Shown here one piece after another: positions 50,709 through 64,000 of a stretch of 64,000 bases of DNA. A program made the translations under genes and the position numbers. The notes below the pieces were generated by a model. The model saw only the letters and a program-made list of their open reading frames with translations. It ran no database searches and was not told the origin of the DNA. The stretch is from Octopus sinensis (Eukaryota): positions 150,474,001 through 150,538,000 of the forward strand of contig NC_042998.1 of NCBI RefSeq assembly GCF_006345805.1, in the 5' to 3' direction. Every line of letters starts with the position of its first letter. Positions within the stretch are counted from its first letter, which is position 1.

Positions 50709-51929
50709 GCAGGGGAGAGAAAGAGAATTAAAAAGATTTAAAAGAGAAAAAGATAAAGGCCAATGACTCACATAAAATGGCGGCTGGTGCGTGTGGAGAT
50801 TTAGCGATCTTAGAAAACTCTTAAATCTCTCTAAGAAGATTATATCAACTGTTAAGTAGAAGCATGACAAGTCAAACAAACAAATATCAACAACAACAAC
50901 CATCATCAGTACAACAGCAATAACAACAACATTACTAAGAACAAGAGCTGCAAGAACAATAATAAAACTAATCACTGTCACAATGAGCACCATAACATAA
51001 CAACAACAACAGAAACCACTATTGGCTACCAATATCAAACACCAGCAAACGAAGAGTCTCCACATAGTCGCTTGATCTGCTGAAAATAGATGCCGAATTA
51101 CCCTAAAAAAATCTTACCATCTTAAAGCAGAATGTAATCTCGGGGATAGTATGTGTGAAACAAGATGAAATAGTCACGCACGGCTAGAGCACTTTCGACC
51201 ATATGTTCGCTCAATAACAGTAGACCTGAGGCACGACTGTGAAGCAGTTAGAACAAACCAAGACAGCTGTTGAAGATTCAATCGACAAACTTGTATGAAC
51301 TTTGTTTAAATTACTGAAAGGGTGACGGGTTAAAAGCATGAGGAATCGCTACGGAATCACTGTCGTGAATACTGACTTGTTCTTGCTACAGTTAATTTTT
51401 GAGTAGTCAATTTTACAATGCTGTTTCCAGCAGGTAAATGGAGATTTTTTTCAAATGAATGTCCGAGGGAAAGTAAAGTACGATATTCGGAGGAATTTCT
51501 GCAATAAAATCATGAAGAATGGTACCTGTTGTTTGGAATTACTTCTCTGGAAAATTTCCTGATTTCTCTTTTTGTCTTTATCATTCATGTGGTCCATTGG
51601 ATCACTGAACTCGGATGATCAGCAGGAAAATCGTTTGTGTAACATGTCTATCGTGTATCCAGACACAATTAATTACTCAGTACTTTTGGACTCAGCGTTT
51701 TCGTTCTTATAAATTCTCCCACTCAGATGTGAATCACATGTTGCCAATTAAATATAATAAAGAAAATGCACCAAATAATTTTTTGACAAAAATTCAAAAC
51801 TGAAAATATCAGTACAATATTTTTACCTTCTCTATTGAGATTAGTTAAAGTTTTAGTATTATTTTCCTCTCCTACCATGTTTAAAATTAAAATTAAACTG
51901 AAGAACCAAATTAAATTATTTATCATCAT

Positions 51930-52525
51930 CCACCCGGTCGCACTTCTTGTACGGTTTCTTGTGACTCCTTGTCGTCATCCACTTCTGTGGGTCATGAAAA
52001 TCGGCAGGTCAGAAGGATTGCACTTTATATCGTCATACATCTGCTTTATGTACGTCTTTGCTTGTCATCGTCTGCTTGCTCTTCCTTGCATAGGCTCCCA
52101 CAAAAAAAAAAAAAACTATACGAACAATTTCGTCCCACGCTCTGTAGCTGTCCCTGCGAATCTGACTCTACGCTCTTTGATGATGTCTGATACTGGTCGA
52201 AGATTCCCATACACTTGTTCATTGGTTAGAAGACCTCTCCTAGTGACATTAAAAGCCACTCTTAGCATGCGAGTGTAGACACCATTCAGTCTTCTTTCCA
52301 GTCTTGAAGTAAGGGTCTATACAATAGAACAGAGTTAAAAGTTGTTTGAATGGTCCTTTTCATATTGTCTAGAAGTCCACATTGCCACACTAAAGATAAT
52401 TTGTCGCGTACTTTTGCACCTTGAGATTTTACTACCTAGATAAGAAAATTCTTCTACACGGCTGAGAGGTGTGCCAGATACTGTTTTGATTGTTCTGTTT
52501 CGACTTAAGCTTATGAATTCCATTT
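51930..52525 (-). mobile_element. RTE/RTEX-like LINE 3' remnant
   Basis: TIKTVSGTPLSRVEEFSYLGSKI; ERRLNGVYTRMLRVAFNV..LTNEQVYGNLRPVSDIIKERRVRFAG; LWEPMQGR. Confidence 0.85.
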
Positions 52526-52791
52526 TATCTGAGTTAATATGTTAAATTATTTATAAATAAACTTTTTTTGTGTGATTTTCCTTTTCGAAAATTTTAATTT
52601 TCTACCTTTCTGAATCTACCTATTTTTCGTTTTAAATATGGGTTTTGCACCGTTTAGAGCAGTGCTTTGACAGTATTTAACCACAGGGTTTTAAATAAGT
52701 AAAGGTTATATAATAAATAATTACTAATTAATTTATTTGTTATCGACAGTATGATATTTGGTGTTCAATGTTATATTCGACATTAAAGCGC

Positions 52792-54152
52792 CGAGCTGGC
52801 AGAATTGTTTGCAAGCAAGGCAAAACGCTTAGCGTTATTTCGTCCGTCTCAATGCTCCGAGTTCAAATTCTACCGAGGTCGACTTTGCCTTTCATCCTTT
52901 CAGCGTCGATAGAATAAGTACCAGTAAGTACCCCTGGGCCCGATGTAATAGACTTACCAATTCCCCCGAATTTGCTGGCCTTGAACCAAAATATGAAACC
53001 AATATTATATTCGGCATTGTATAGATAATCCATCAGTTCAGCCTAAAAGGGCCACCATTATCTGCAGTAAACTCTCGAACAGCCTTACTTATTCGCTCGA
53101 CTTGTGTAATTCACTTCCCTTCACCATCTCCATTACCCCATTCTCATAGCGGAACATGGTTGAACGCTTTACTCTCAAAGTTGCCTAGCATCCAACTGAA
53201 TAACGATTGTTGTCTGAATTGACGTGCCACTCAGGCTTGGTCTTTGGATTAAAATGAAGTACCAATACCGTTACAGGACAATAGTTGGCGTTTCAGAACT
53301 CTACTCGTTGTCATACCGCCTCAGAAGCGGTTTCTTCCCTCGGCATAAAGTCCTCATTGAAATTGTAAAACGTTGTTTGGATGCAAGCAATGGTTAAGCA
53401 CAGTACAACCAAAAACATAAAGCGTACAACATCACAATTTTCCCATTCCAAAGTGGCAAGTTTCTAATCTAGGATATGATCAACAGAGATAATTTCTTCA
53501 GTCATAATCTGGCGGAATCGGCTTCAGGCAAAAAGTATGATTGGCTGACAGTCGAGATATGTCCAACTGATAAAGTTTGTTTGCTCTCCGATAAGTTACT
53601 TTTGGAGCCAGAAAGCAGATAAATTGTCCGGCATTCTTAATCCCAGAAACACCTCCTTACGCAGAAGAAATGATCCTCACTTTTTCCGTATATCATTCCG
53701 TCATTCTTAGAATAAGAAATTCGCCATTTATCTACTAAGGTTTCGAAATATTGCTTTCAAATTTTGGCACAAGACCAGCATTTTCGAGGGAAGGAGATAA
53801 GTCGATTACATCGACCCAAGCGCTCAACTAGCGTATATTTTCTCGACCCCAAAAGGGATAAAAGGTAAAGTCGACCTCAGCGGGAACTGGACTCAGAACA
53901 ATGCCGCTAAGCATTTTGCCCGACATAGGTTACGAAATATTGGTTTCATATGTTGGCACAAAGCCAGTCATTTCGGGAGAGGGGGTTAGGTCGATTACGT
54001 TTAGCCCTGTGTTCAACTGGTTCTTATTTTATCGATCCCGAAAGGAGGAAAGACAAAGTCGACCTCGACGGAATTTGAACCCAGAACGTAAGGACGGACG
54101 AAATGCCACTAAGCATTTTGTCCGACGTGCTAACGATTCTGCCAGCTCGCCG
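52792..54152. mobile_element. Three SINE-B copies (+ 52792-53000, - 53750-53930, - 53940-54152)
   Basis: Family motifs. Confidence 0.75.
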
Positions 54153-55334
54153 TCTTGAAGTTACGAAATATCAATTGTTTTTAAACATCTCTACATTTCT
54201 AATTGTTTATTTTTTCAGCAATTATATTTTCGACCAATTTGATCAAACTGAGATAAACCGTTCTTTGACGCAACAAACTTGGTTATTATTTAAAAGTACA
54301 CAAATTGAGGGCAATAGAGAATATTTAGATAGTCCCTAAATCATATCGATGAATGTTTGGGAACAGAAGAACGCAAAGAGAGAAAGAAACGTTCCAGATA
54401 GTTGCAGTTCTGGTGAAGAAAAAGAATATAACAAATTGTTTGGTCGTAGAATTGTTTGGAAATTAAGTTATACTTAATTGTGCCATCTGCTTGGTAACCA
54501 GAAGGCAAGTGGGTGTTTACAAATGAAACTGATGTTTCCCCGCCAATAAATAGATATTGATATATATCTTTATTGATTAATTCTTTTGCGCAGACATTTT
54601 GGAAAGTTACGGTGACGCTATAGTTCAGCTGTTGATGTTCACTGAATCAGAAACATGTCCTTGAGTTGTCTCCCGTCCGTTCTTCTAAAGTAAAAATATG
54701 ATATTTAGTTTTTTTGTTTTTTGTTTTTTGTTTCTTTGTTTGTTTTTGTAATTTTCCTTGATTTTATTTCCTGATAACCAGTCAGAATGCTCAGTGTTAA
54801 CTCTTTAATACACAAACAATGCATTAAACATACCGAGTTCCTACGGTTTAGTAACAGGGTAAGTTTAGTTGTGGGAATAAGAAAATAAAGTGTCTTGGAG
54901 AATTGGAAGTAGACAAGACAGAGTTCGTTGGTTCCAGAGGCATACAGACAGACAGGCAGACAGAGTGAGAGACAGAGATATATCTTCTAGTATAACCTCA
55001 GGTCACTACAAGTGAAGTTTGGTACACGGTAACTGCGGAAACCCACCGGTGGTACTACACTAGTTCTTGATTAATAGTCTTTAATCCATCACCTGATTTA
55101 ACACCCCATCTGGTCACTGGTTACCTTTAATGGAGTCTGTTGTAAATATAGGGACTGGGTTTCGAGTCGAAAAATAACACGTGAGACGAAATTTCTGATT
55201 CCGTTTGTGCCTGCCACGCACCCTTGAAGGTATCAGAAATTATTAAAAACTTACTTTAAAAAATTAAATAAGGTAAGTAAAGTTGATCACCACATCGAAG
55301 TGGCTATTCCATGTTAGTACTAGTTTAACCCCAA

Positions 55335-55925
55335 GCAGATCTTCCGCCAGAGAATTTTTTTTCCCTGCGAGAGTTCCGGAGACCAGTAATAACCTCATTT
55401 GCATACAGCCAATCGGAGTTCACCTTCACCTTGTTGTCAAGTTAACAAAGGTTGACACTGAATTTGTCGACCCCGATTGCCATGCGAATTTTGTATTGTG
55501 CACTCATTCAGATGCCAATATCATCGATACTGAACACATATGCTGGTTTACGGCACATGTGGGATTCGGATAGCCAAAGATACATTAACAATACACACAC
55601 GTCCATATTCGTATCAGTGAATCAATGTGTATTTATAAAACATTTTCCAGCAGTTTCCATACTTTCATATTCGTCCAAAACATTATCTTTGATTGCTATA
55701 GTAATTCAAATTTACCACTACCAAGCATATGTGTTCAGTATCGATAATATTGGTATCTGAATGGGAGCACAATATAAGATTCGCATGGCGATCGGAGGTC
55801 GCCAACCTTTGTAAACTTGACAACAAGGTCAAGGTGAGCTCTGATTGGCGGTATGCAAATGAGTTCATTACTGGGGTCCGGAACTCTCGTGGGAAAAATT
55901 TCGCCTCCCGCCTGCTGGTTATCGG
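55335..55925. mobile_element. Fold-back MITE, approx. 210-bp diverged arms
   Basis: About 55335-55550 is the diverged reverse complement of about 55720-55925. Confidence 0.75.
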
Positions 55926-55939
55926 TGCAGCGTTGCACC

Positions 55940-56345
55940 TGCGGCTGTGTGGTAAGAAGTTTGCTTCCCAACCACATGGTTCCGGGTTCAGTCCCACTGC
56001 GTGGCACCTTGGGCAAGTGTCTTCTACTATAGCCTCGGGCCGACCAAGGCCTTGTGAGTGGATTTGGTAGACGGAAACTTAAAGAAGCCCGTCGTATATA
56101 TATACATATGTGTATATGTGTGTTTTGTGTGTATGAGTCTGTGTACGTATCTGTGTTTGTCCCTCTCACCATCGTTTGACAACGGATGTTGTTGTGTTTA
56201 CGTCCCCGTAACTTAGCGGTTCGGTAAAAGGAACCAATAGAATAGTACTAGGCTTACAAAGCATAAGTTCTGGGGGTCGATTCTTTCGACTAAAGGTGGT
56301 GCTCCAGCATGTCCGCAGTCAAATGACTGAAACAAGTAAAAGAAA
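55940..56345 (+). mobile_element. SINE family A
   Basis: Full head and tail. Confidence 0.9.
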
Positions 56346-57624
56346 AGAATATACGGATATATTGCTAGCAGGGGGAGCAAACCCCTACCATCCTCTAGCA
56401 GACCACAAGATCACGAGACTGACTCAGTTTCTGCCTGGGGTTAAACTAGTAGTAACATGGAACAGCCAGTTTAATGTGGCAATCAACTTTACTTGTGAAT
56501 ATAGTTACTACTGTGATTTCTTGAGAATTCACAACTAGCTATTTTGCTTAACTAAAGTAGTTTTTGCACAAAAGCAATATATTGACCTGGATGAACTATT
56601 GAAATATTGAAATGGCTAAACTAAAGGGAAGTTGAAATTAAGATATTTCCTTTTTCATTACTTGTGCCGCAGCGGCCGAATTCCAGAGAAATAGGCTTAA
56701 AAACAAGCAGAATTTTGGCTTTGACCTTATTTGTTCTTTAAGCACTTGGAACCCCCAATGCTGTTACAAGGGAGGTTATCATTTCGTCATAATTCAAAGC
56801 AGGATTAGTAATTTGAAATGAAATTAAAGAATTTTAAGGAAAAAGATGCAAAGAATTCACATATTCATTTTGATTTGTTTTTGTTTTGTCAAATGAAATT
56901 CTTAAAGTTTCTAGTCATAGGTAACCGTGTAACCACTTATTCATATTTTTTGATAATATTTCAAAAGTCTGACTCCTCTGTAGAAAACAAGGGTTTTAGC
57001 AACTTCTGGTACTTTGGAAGTTGCCGAAACAACACAGGTTAATATAAATTGCAGAGTGCCAGATTAAACTGATATCATATTTCATTATAGACCCCGAGTC
57101 TTTAAGTTCAAACCCCATATAAATTGAGGGGAGTAAATTAGTAACACTCGGTGTGAGAAAATAGGGTTGTTGTTGTTTTGTTTTTTAAATTCCTGTAATA
57201 ATCGGTCTAAAATTATATAATGTAGCTTTCTATGTAGAGCCTTCCTTCAAAATGGCTGAACTAATGGAAGCTATAAAAAAACTAGCAACCTCAATACTTC
57301 TTAAAACAACCCCAAATACCACCACCTTGTCTACTATTTATCTCTACTACTTTTACCACAATGAACTGTCTTCATTCCGTCATAGATGGTAGTAATAAAA
57401 GGGACAAAAATAGAAGAATCATAGACTGTAATCCCAACGACAGAAAGATACCAAAATATAAGATACTTAGGAAAGAGAGGAGACCAAGAGAAAGGAGGAA
57501 GGAAACAAAGAAAGAAACAGAGCTAAGAAAGGGAAAAGACAAAGAGGCGAGTGTGACAAGAGAGACTGAGGCAAGAAGAAAAGGAGACACAAACAACAAT
57601 AACAGAAACCTAATTAAAATCCTT

Positions 57625-58148
57625 TCTGCTATAGGCCCAAGGCCTGAAATTTGGTGGGACGGGGCGAGTCGATTACAGAGCTCAGCTGTCACTTTATCGA
57701 CCACGAAAGAATGAAAGGCAAAGTTAATTTCACAGGAATTCGAACGTAAAGCTGGAAGAAATGCTGCGAAGCATTTTGTCCGGCTTTATAATGATTCTGT
57801 CTTGCGAAACCTTATTAAAATCATTTAAACAATCCAATAATGTGCAACAATTGGAGAAATTAAGTATGTTGGTGGCTCTTACATAGTCACTATAGTTGGT
57901 AGAAATAGCAGCCAAATATGCGAGCTGGCAGAAACGTTAGCACGCCGGGCGAAACGCTTAGCAGTATTTCGTCTGCCGTTACGTTCTGAGTTCAAATTCC
58001 GCCGAGGTCGACTTTGCCTTTCATCCTTTCGGGGTCGATTCAATAAGTACCAGTTACGTACTGGAGTCCATGTAATCGACTTAACCCCTTTGTCTGTCAT
58101 TGTTTGTTCCCTCTGTGTGTAGCCCCTTGTGGGCAGTAAAGAAATAAG
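57625..58148. mobile_element. Two SINE-B copies (- 57625-57800; + 57918-58148, near full length)
   Basis: Family motifs. Confidence 0.8.
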
Positions 58149-59219
58149 AAATAGCAGTCAAATATGCCTTTGACCCCACAAACATCACCATCACCAGTTG
58201 CTCACCAACATTATGTGGTCGTATGACTGGCTAGAAAGAGCAATTAAAGTGCCCTAAAGCATAAACCACAGTCCTAAAACGGTTGTCTATGACTAACATT
58301 GGATAAAGTCATCATAGATATTTGATAGCTGAAGAGAAAAAGAAAAACGAACAGGATGGTCGTTATTGGAATTCTTCTGATCTTAGATCTGCTCGATAAG
58401 AAATGACCTGGGGCTAAAAGCAACAACAACAACCAAAGAAAACAAAATAAAAACCATAATACTTGAACAAGAACTGTAGCACGACTCCTCCTCTACCACC
58501 ACCACTGTTATCAATGCTGCTAACAACAACAACAACAACACCAACAACACCGCCCTTATCATCACTAACAACAACACCCCACCACCGTCAGCTACACTAC
58601 CACCACAAATACAGACACGCCACTAACAACAACAACAACCACAGCAATAAGCGACACCAGTTCAGGTTTAAATCGAAAACACATACAGAATGGGGAGCGA
58701 AACAGAGAGTGAAAGACGGGGAGGGAGAGAGAGAGAAAATAACAGACAGAGAACTGGAGGAGTGAAAGAAAATTAAATATGTGAGATAGAGAGTGGGGGA
58801 GGTAATACTGGGAAAAATGGAGGAGGAAGAGGAGGAGGAGAGAGAAGTTGAGAAGGAACCGAAGTCAACCAGTGCAGATGTGTGACGTCACCAAAGGCAA
58901 GGTGACTCTCGAAATAGTTGTCTGAGGAAGGAATTACACGTGACACTCTCCAGTGTTGAGTTGTAGTTTTAGCACAGAGCGTGTGTGTGGATGTGTGGGA
59001 ATGTGTAGGTATGTGTGGTGCGTGTGTGGGGTGACGAGTGGGATTGTAGGGTGTGTGTGTGTGTGTGCGAGTGTGTACAAGTGTACTTAAGGACATAAGG
59101 TCGAATAGTTTCTCATACTTAGGTATATCAGTGTTTCTGAATATATATATACATATATAGAAATAGAGAGAATGCATATATGCATAATTGATATATATAT
59201 ATATATGGATATGTGTATG

Positions 59220-59296
<77 letters not shown>

Positions 59297-59507
59297 ACCT
59301 TCATATATACCTATGTATGCATATATGTCATCAAAATCAGTGATATACTAACCTCGTAAGAAATACTCTGTGCAACCTCACGAACAGACCCCAATAAAGC
59401 ATATTTAGAATGAGCAAACCAACCAGCCCCAAAACCGAATAAACACCAATTCTAAATACGCTCCCAAAAATGACTATTATATATATATATATATACATAT
59501 ATATATG

Positions 59508-59565
<58 letters not shown>

Positions 59566-59580
59566 TATACACATATATAT

Positions 59581-59623
<43 letters not shown>

Positions 59624-60315
59624 TATACACATATATATATACACACATATATATACATATATATATATATATACATACATGCACACATATGTACATACAC
59701 ATATATATATATATATATATAGGGAGAATTCACAAAAAAAAACTCAAAAGAACAGTGGTAAGAAGTTTGGTTCCCAACCATATAGTTCCGGGTTCAATCC
59801 AACTACATAACACTCTAGGCGAATGTCCTCTAATGTAGGACAAGGCTGACCAAAGTCTCAAGAATGAATTTCGTTAAGTGCACAACGGGCTTCTTTCAGT
59901 TTCCGTCTACCAAATCCACACACAAGGCTTTCGTCGGCCCGAGACTATAGTGAAAGACACAAGCCTAAGGTGCCATGCTGTGGGACTGAACTCGGAACCG
60001 TGTGGTTGGGAAGCTAACTTCCTACCACACAGCCATATATATATAAACCTCGCCTTGACCTTCGAAACGTGGAGTAGATGAAACAAAGGCGACTGAAGAA
60101 GGAGAATTTTCCTTGTTTTGTATGTCCTGTACTCTATTTTTTCGTTGTTTAAGAAAAATGTCCATTTCCTTGGTTTTGTGTTTATGTTTTCGTTTCTCAT
60201 TGTGTTCGACGTTTTTTGGTGTCCTGTACCCATATATGCATGTATATATACATGTAGAGGTAGGTACGTACATATATGTATGTATATATGCATATGTTTT
60301 ATTTATTTATTAATT

Positions 60316-60369
<54 letters not shown>

Positions 60370-60631
60370 GTGCATGTAGATACATATGTGTGTGTTAATG
60401 TGAATTTGTCAGTTCTCTGTTTTTACATGTATATTTCCAAATATATTCAAGTGTATAAATGTATATGGTGCATGCATGACTATGTATATGGATGTATATG
60501 TTTCTGAGAGTGTATTTGCATTTAGTAGCTAAAATTTAATTACAAATTAAATTCACATTCATGGCGCACATGCTATCGACAGAATATAGAACAAGTTACA
60601 TCGCACCATCTACACTCCCTACACACACACA

Positions 60632-60691
<60 letters not shown>

Positions 60692-61008
60692 TCACGCACA
60701 CACACAAAGACAAACAAAACAATCACATACAGATACGTAGTAAGAGACATATAAACCGATAAATGTCGAATTATATATATATATACATGTATAGTTATAT
60801 CTACATGCATACGCACATAATTAAGGATAAATGCTTAATTATTTTATGCACGATACAGTAATATATTTATCCTTTGATTAAGCATGCGTATGCATGTGTG
60901 TAGGTATATATGTATTTATGTATATGTATACATAAATACATACACACACCTCCATATATATATGAACTGACATGCACACATATATGTACGTACGTATATA
61001 TATATATG

Positions 61009-61060
<52 letters not shown>

Positions 61061-61102
61061 GCATATGTATATGTATATAATATATATGTATATACATATA
61101 TA

Positions 61103-61133
<31 letters not shown>

Positions 61134-61149
61134 GTATACATATATATAC

Positions 61150-61195
<46 letters not shown>

Positions 61196-61196
61196 G

Positions 61197-61246
<50 letters not shown>

Positions 61247-61779
61247 CACAGGCAGCAGTATGTGGATAATATGCAGGGAAGGGTATGTGTGATTTATATG
61301 ACGTGTAATACAAACTAATAATTGTGGCAAAGAAACTGATGGTGGGGGAGAGCAAATGGATGGGTGTATGATATGTGAGTGTGAAGGAGGAGAGAGGGGG
61401 AGAGGGAGGGAGAGCGTGAGCATGGTAACAAACCATATATAGTGTATATACGGACAGGATATGGCTTGTGCTGGTATAGAATTTATATTTTAGCACACCA
61501 ACACATCATATGCATATATAGATAATACATTCATACATTTCAATGTATAACAGCAGAAAACTATGCATAGATATGTTAGAAAACTACCAGATGATATTAA
61601 CATTGATTATCAAAGCAGTCTATCATGTACCAACAACGGGATTACTAACTCACAGTTTGAAGGTGTGGCAAAAGCAACCAAATGCCTGATGTACAAAAGG
61701 GACAGAGACGCAAGAAAAAACACGAAAATGTGACAACCGATGCAGACTTTGTGGAGTTAACACCGAAAATATCACCCAC

Positions 61780-63330
61780 ATCATAAGCAGTTATCCAAAA
61801 CTATTTTCGCGTCATTATTTACCGATGTAGTCAAGACACTGTACAGAAAGATAATCCTGAGGCCAAAGAGATAAGAATCCTTAATGTGGTAGAGGCCATT
61901 GCCACTCATAAAATGAAGGAGTATTGGTGCAATGGCCCAGCGAAAACCTCAATAAAATATAAGCATAATAGACCTGACATAGTGATTTAGGATAGAGCAG
62001 AGAAACAGTAGTAGAAATCAGTTGCCCAACGGATGTCAACAGAAAGCTTAAGATCAGCGAAAAAGAAAAAGACACCTATACTGAACACTACAGATCCAAT
62101 ACATCACTGGAACTGTAAAATCTGTAAAACGTCCCAGAAGTTTATCATTTAATCATATATGTCTAGACATGCAATTATATGCATGAGAATACATACATAA
62201 AACAAAACATACAAATCTACAGATAACTAACTCAAAATACAATACATATACACACAATACGTGCAAAAAAAACCTGTTGGTGTTGAAACTCCAATGAAGG
62301 AGCCATGGATCTAGATGAGAAACCGGCTCTTTCTCTATTCGCAAGATATTTTTAAAATAAAGCTGAATAATAACAAATATAAAAATATAGCCTTTACTCG
62401 ACTTAAAACTACCTGACTCTCTGAGGAAAGCCAAAAGAATCCTGGACAGAATAAGAATATCAGCTATGGTGGATCCATCAATAAGGAGAGGACAAGAAAT
62501 GAATACCTCAAGAGAGTAAAGAAAAAAAATATGGAGAACTGAACTCTCAGTTTACAGCAACCAAATCACCTACCTTTAGGTGCCTATCGTAACTAGTAAG
62601 GAGCCTTTGCCCTTCGTAACTAGTCTCTACAAGACCACAACGTGACTGATGTACGAATTCGTAAGCTACTCATTGTTGCTGGAAACAATGGAGATACTGA
62701 TAGATTAAATTTCCCACTCAAGAATGGTGACCATGGTTTTAGATCTGTATTGATATCATATGAAGCACGTATTGTGACACAGAAGTCACATCAACAGCAC
62801 TGGAAAGATGCCAGTTACTATACTAGCCAAGTTTGCAAGCACTGAGATGATAGTCCATGAGTACTTGGTACGAAAGACACGAATCACAGAAGGAATTGAT
62901 CATACCAAAACGTTGGCGTAGAGTACCGACAAGTTTATGACATCCCACTTTAAAGGCTATCTCTATGAAATTCAAGAACAAGAGATCCCACCAAGTACCT
63001 GCAACATAAGAGGCAGAAAACATTAACAGAAGAAAAACGTAGGCCACGAAAATTAAGACTGAAGACATCAACCACATTATTGCCAACTGCGAGAGAATGT
63101 CTTCTAGATATTATCTTCCCATGAGGCATGATGCGGGGGCCAAAACAGTCTGGAATAGAGTAAAAAAAAGAAATTAGTAACAAAGTTGACTATACTGAGA
63201 CAGATGGGTCAAAAAATATTGATAGTACTTAAATATCATAACAGCTACCAAGTTAACACACAATTTGTTAGACATAGTTGTATGGGACCATAAGGAAAAG
63301 ATATGAGCTGTTGGGGAAACCAGCTGCCCT
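61780..63330 (+). mobile_element. Two decayed R4/Dong-like RLE LINE remnants (about 61780-62110 and 62430-63330)
   Basis: HNRPDIVI*DRAEK..VVEISCPTDVN; DVRIRKLLIVAGNNGDTDRLNFPLKNGDHGFRSV; EDINHIIANCERMSSRYYLPMRHDAGAKTVW; THNLLDIVVWDHKEK. Confidence 0.75.
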
Positions 63331-64000
63331 CTGGAAACTAATCTGGTCAGAAATAAACTTGAGAAAGAGGATATCTATAAACCTCTGATAAGGAGTTGGC
63401 AAATCTAGTCCTCAAATTGCACCTTCTGCTTCATTCCTATTATTATTATTAGAGCAACAGGATATGCACCAACTGGTTTGGGCAAAGAATGGCTGAACTC
63501 GAGTTGTTGGGGAGACAACGCAACACATTGATCCATGCACTACAAATGATCGCTATATCCAGCGACAATAAAAATCTGCAAGACCTTCTTAAGTTTAAAG
63601 GAGGATGAACAAAACAAGATATTTTCTTTCACAAATTTTCTACCAAACAGGCGCCCAATCAAATAGTTAACCAACTGATCAGTAAATAATAAAGAAGATA
63701 GAACCTGTGCGTGTGTTTATTATTGTCATAATGACCCTACTGAGATACAACAAAATATATATTTATAATTTCCATTTTAATTTTCTCGGTTAATATCGTT
63801 TATATTGTTACGTAATGGACTGGTCCAAGACTACTACTACAAAATAGTAGAAGTAGTAGTAGTAGTAGCAGCAACAACAGCAGTAGAAGCAGCAACAGTA
63901 ATAATAATAGTAGTAGTAGCAGCAGCAGCAGCAGCACTGATTGTTGATGATGATGTTGCTATAGCGGACGTGGTGGTGGTGGTGGTGGTGGTGGCGGTGG

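Overview
AT-rich, microsatellite-saturated eukaryotic DNA. The tRNA-derived SINE families and repeat landscape point to an octopod cephalopod (inference). I recognise no host protein-coding exon, true tRNA/rRNA gene or CRISPR array; almost all listed ORFs are microsatellite translations. Recognisable content: a near-intact Tc1 (DD34E) element with IR/DR ends and one 2-bp frameshift (33219-34872); mariner, maT (DD37D), Tigger, Helitron-like and MITE remnants; RTE, R4/Dong-like and other RLE LINE remnants; a Gypsy integrase scrap; a decayed Penelope GIY-YIG region; and about 20 SINEs. The most striking hidden layer is roughly a dozen minimal type I hammerhead-ribozyme folds in Penelope-like non-autonomous repeats. 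They show all three swaps of the tertiary 3-8 pair (C3-G8, U3-A8, G3-C8) plus U4C and A6U cores, and often sit in or next to fold-back (inverted) duplications. Also notable are a mariner derivative built from two head-to-head left ends (two copies) and an RTE insertion with twin-priming-type 5' inversion.
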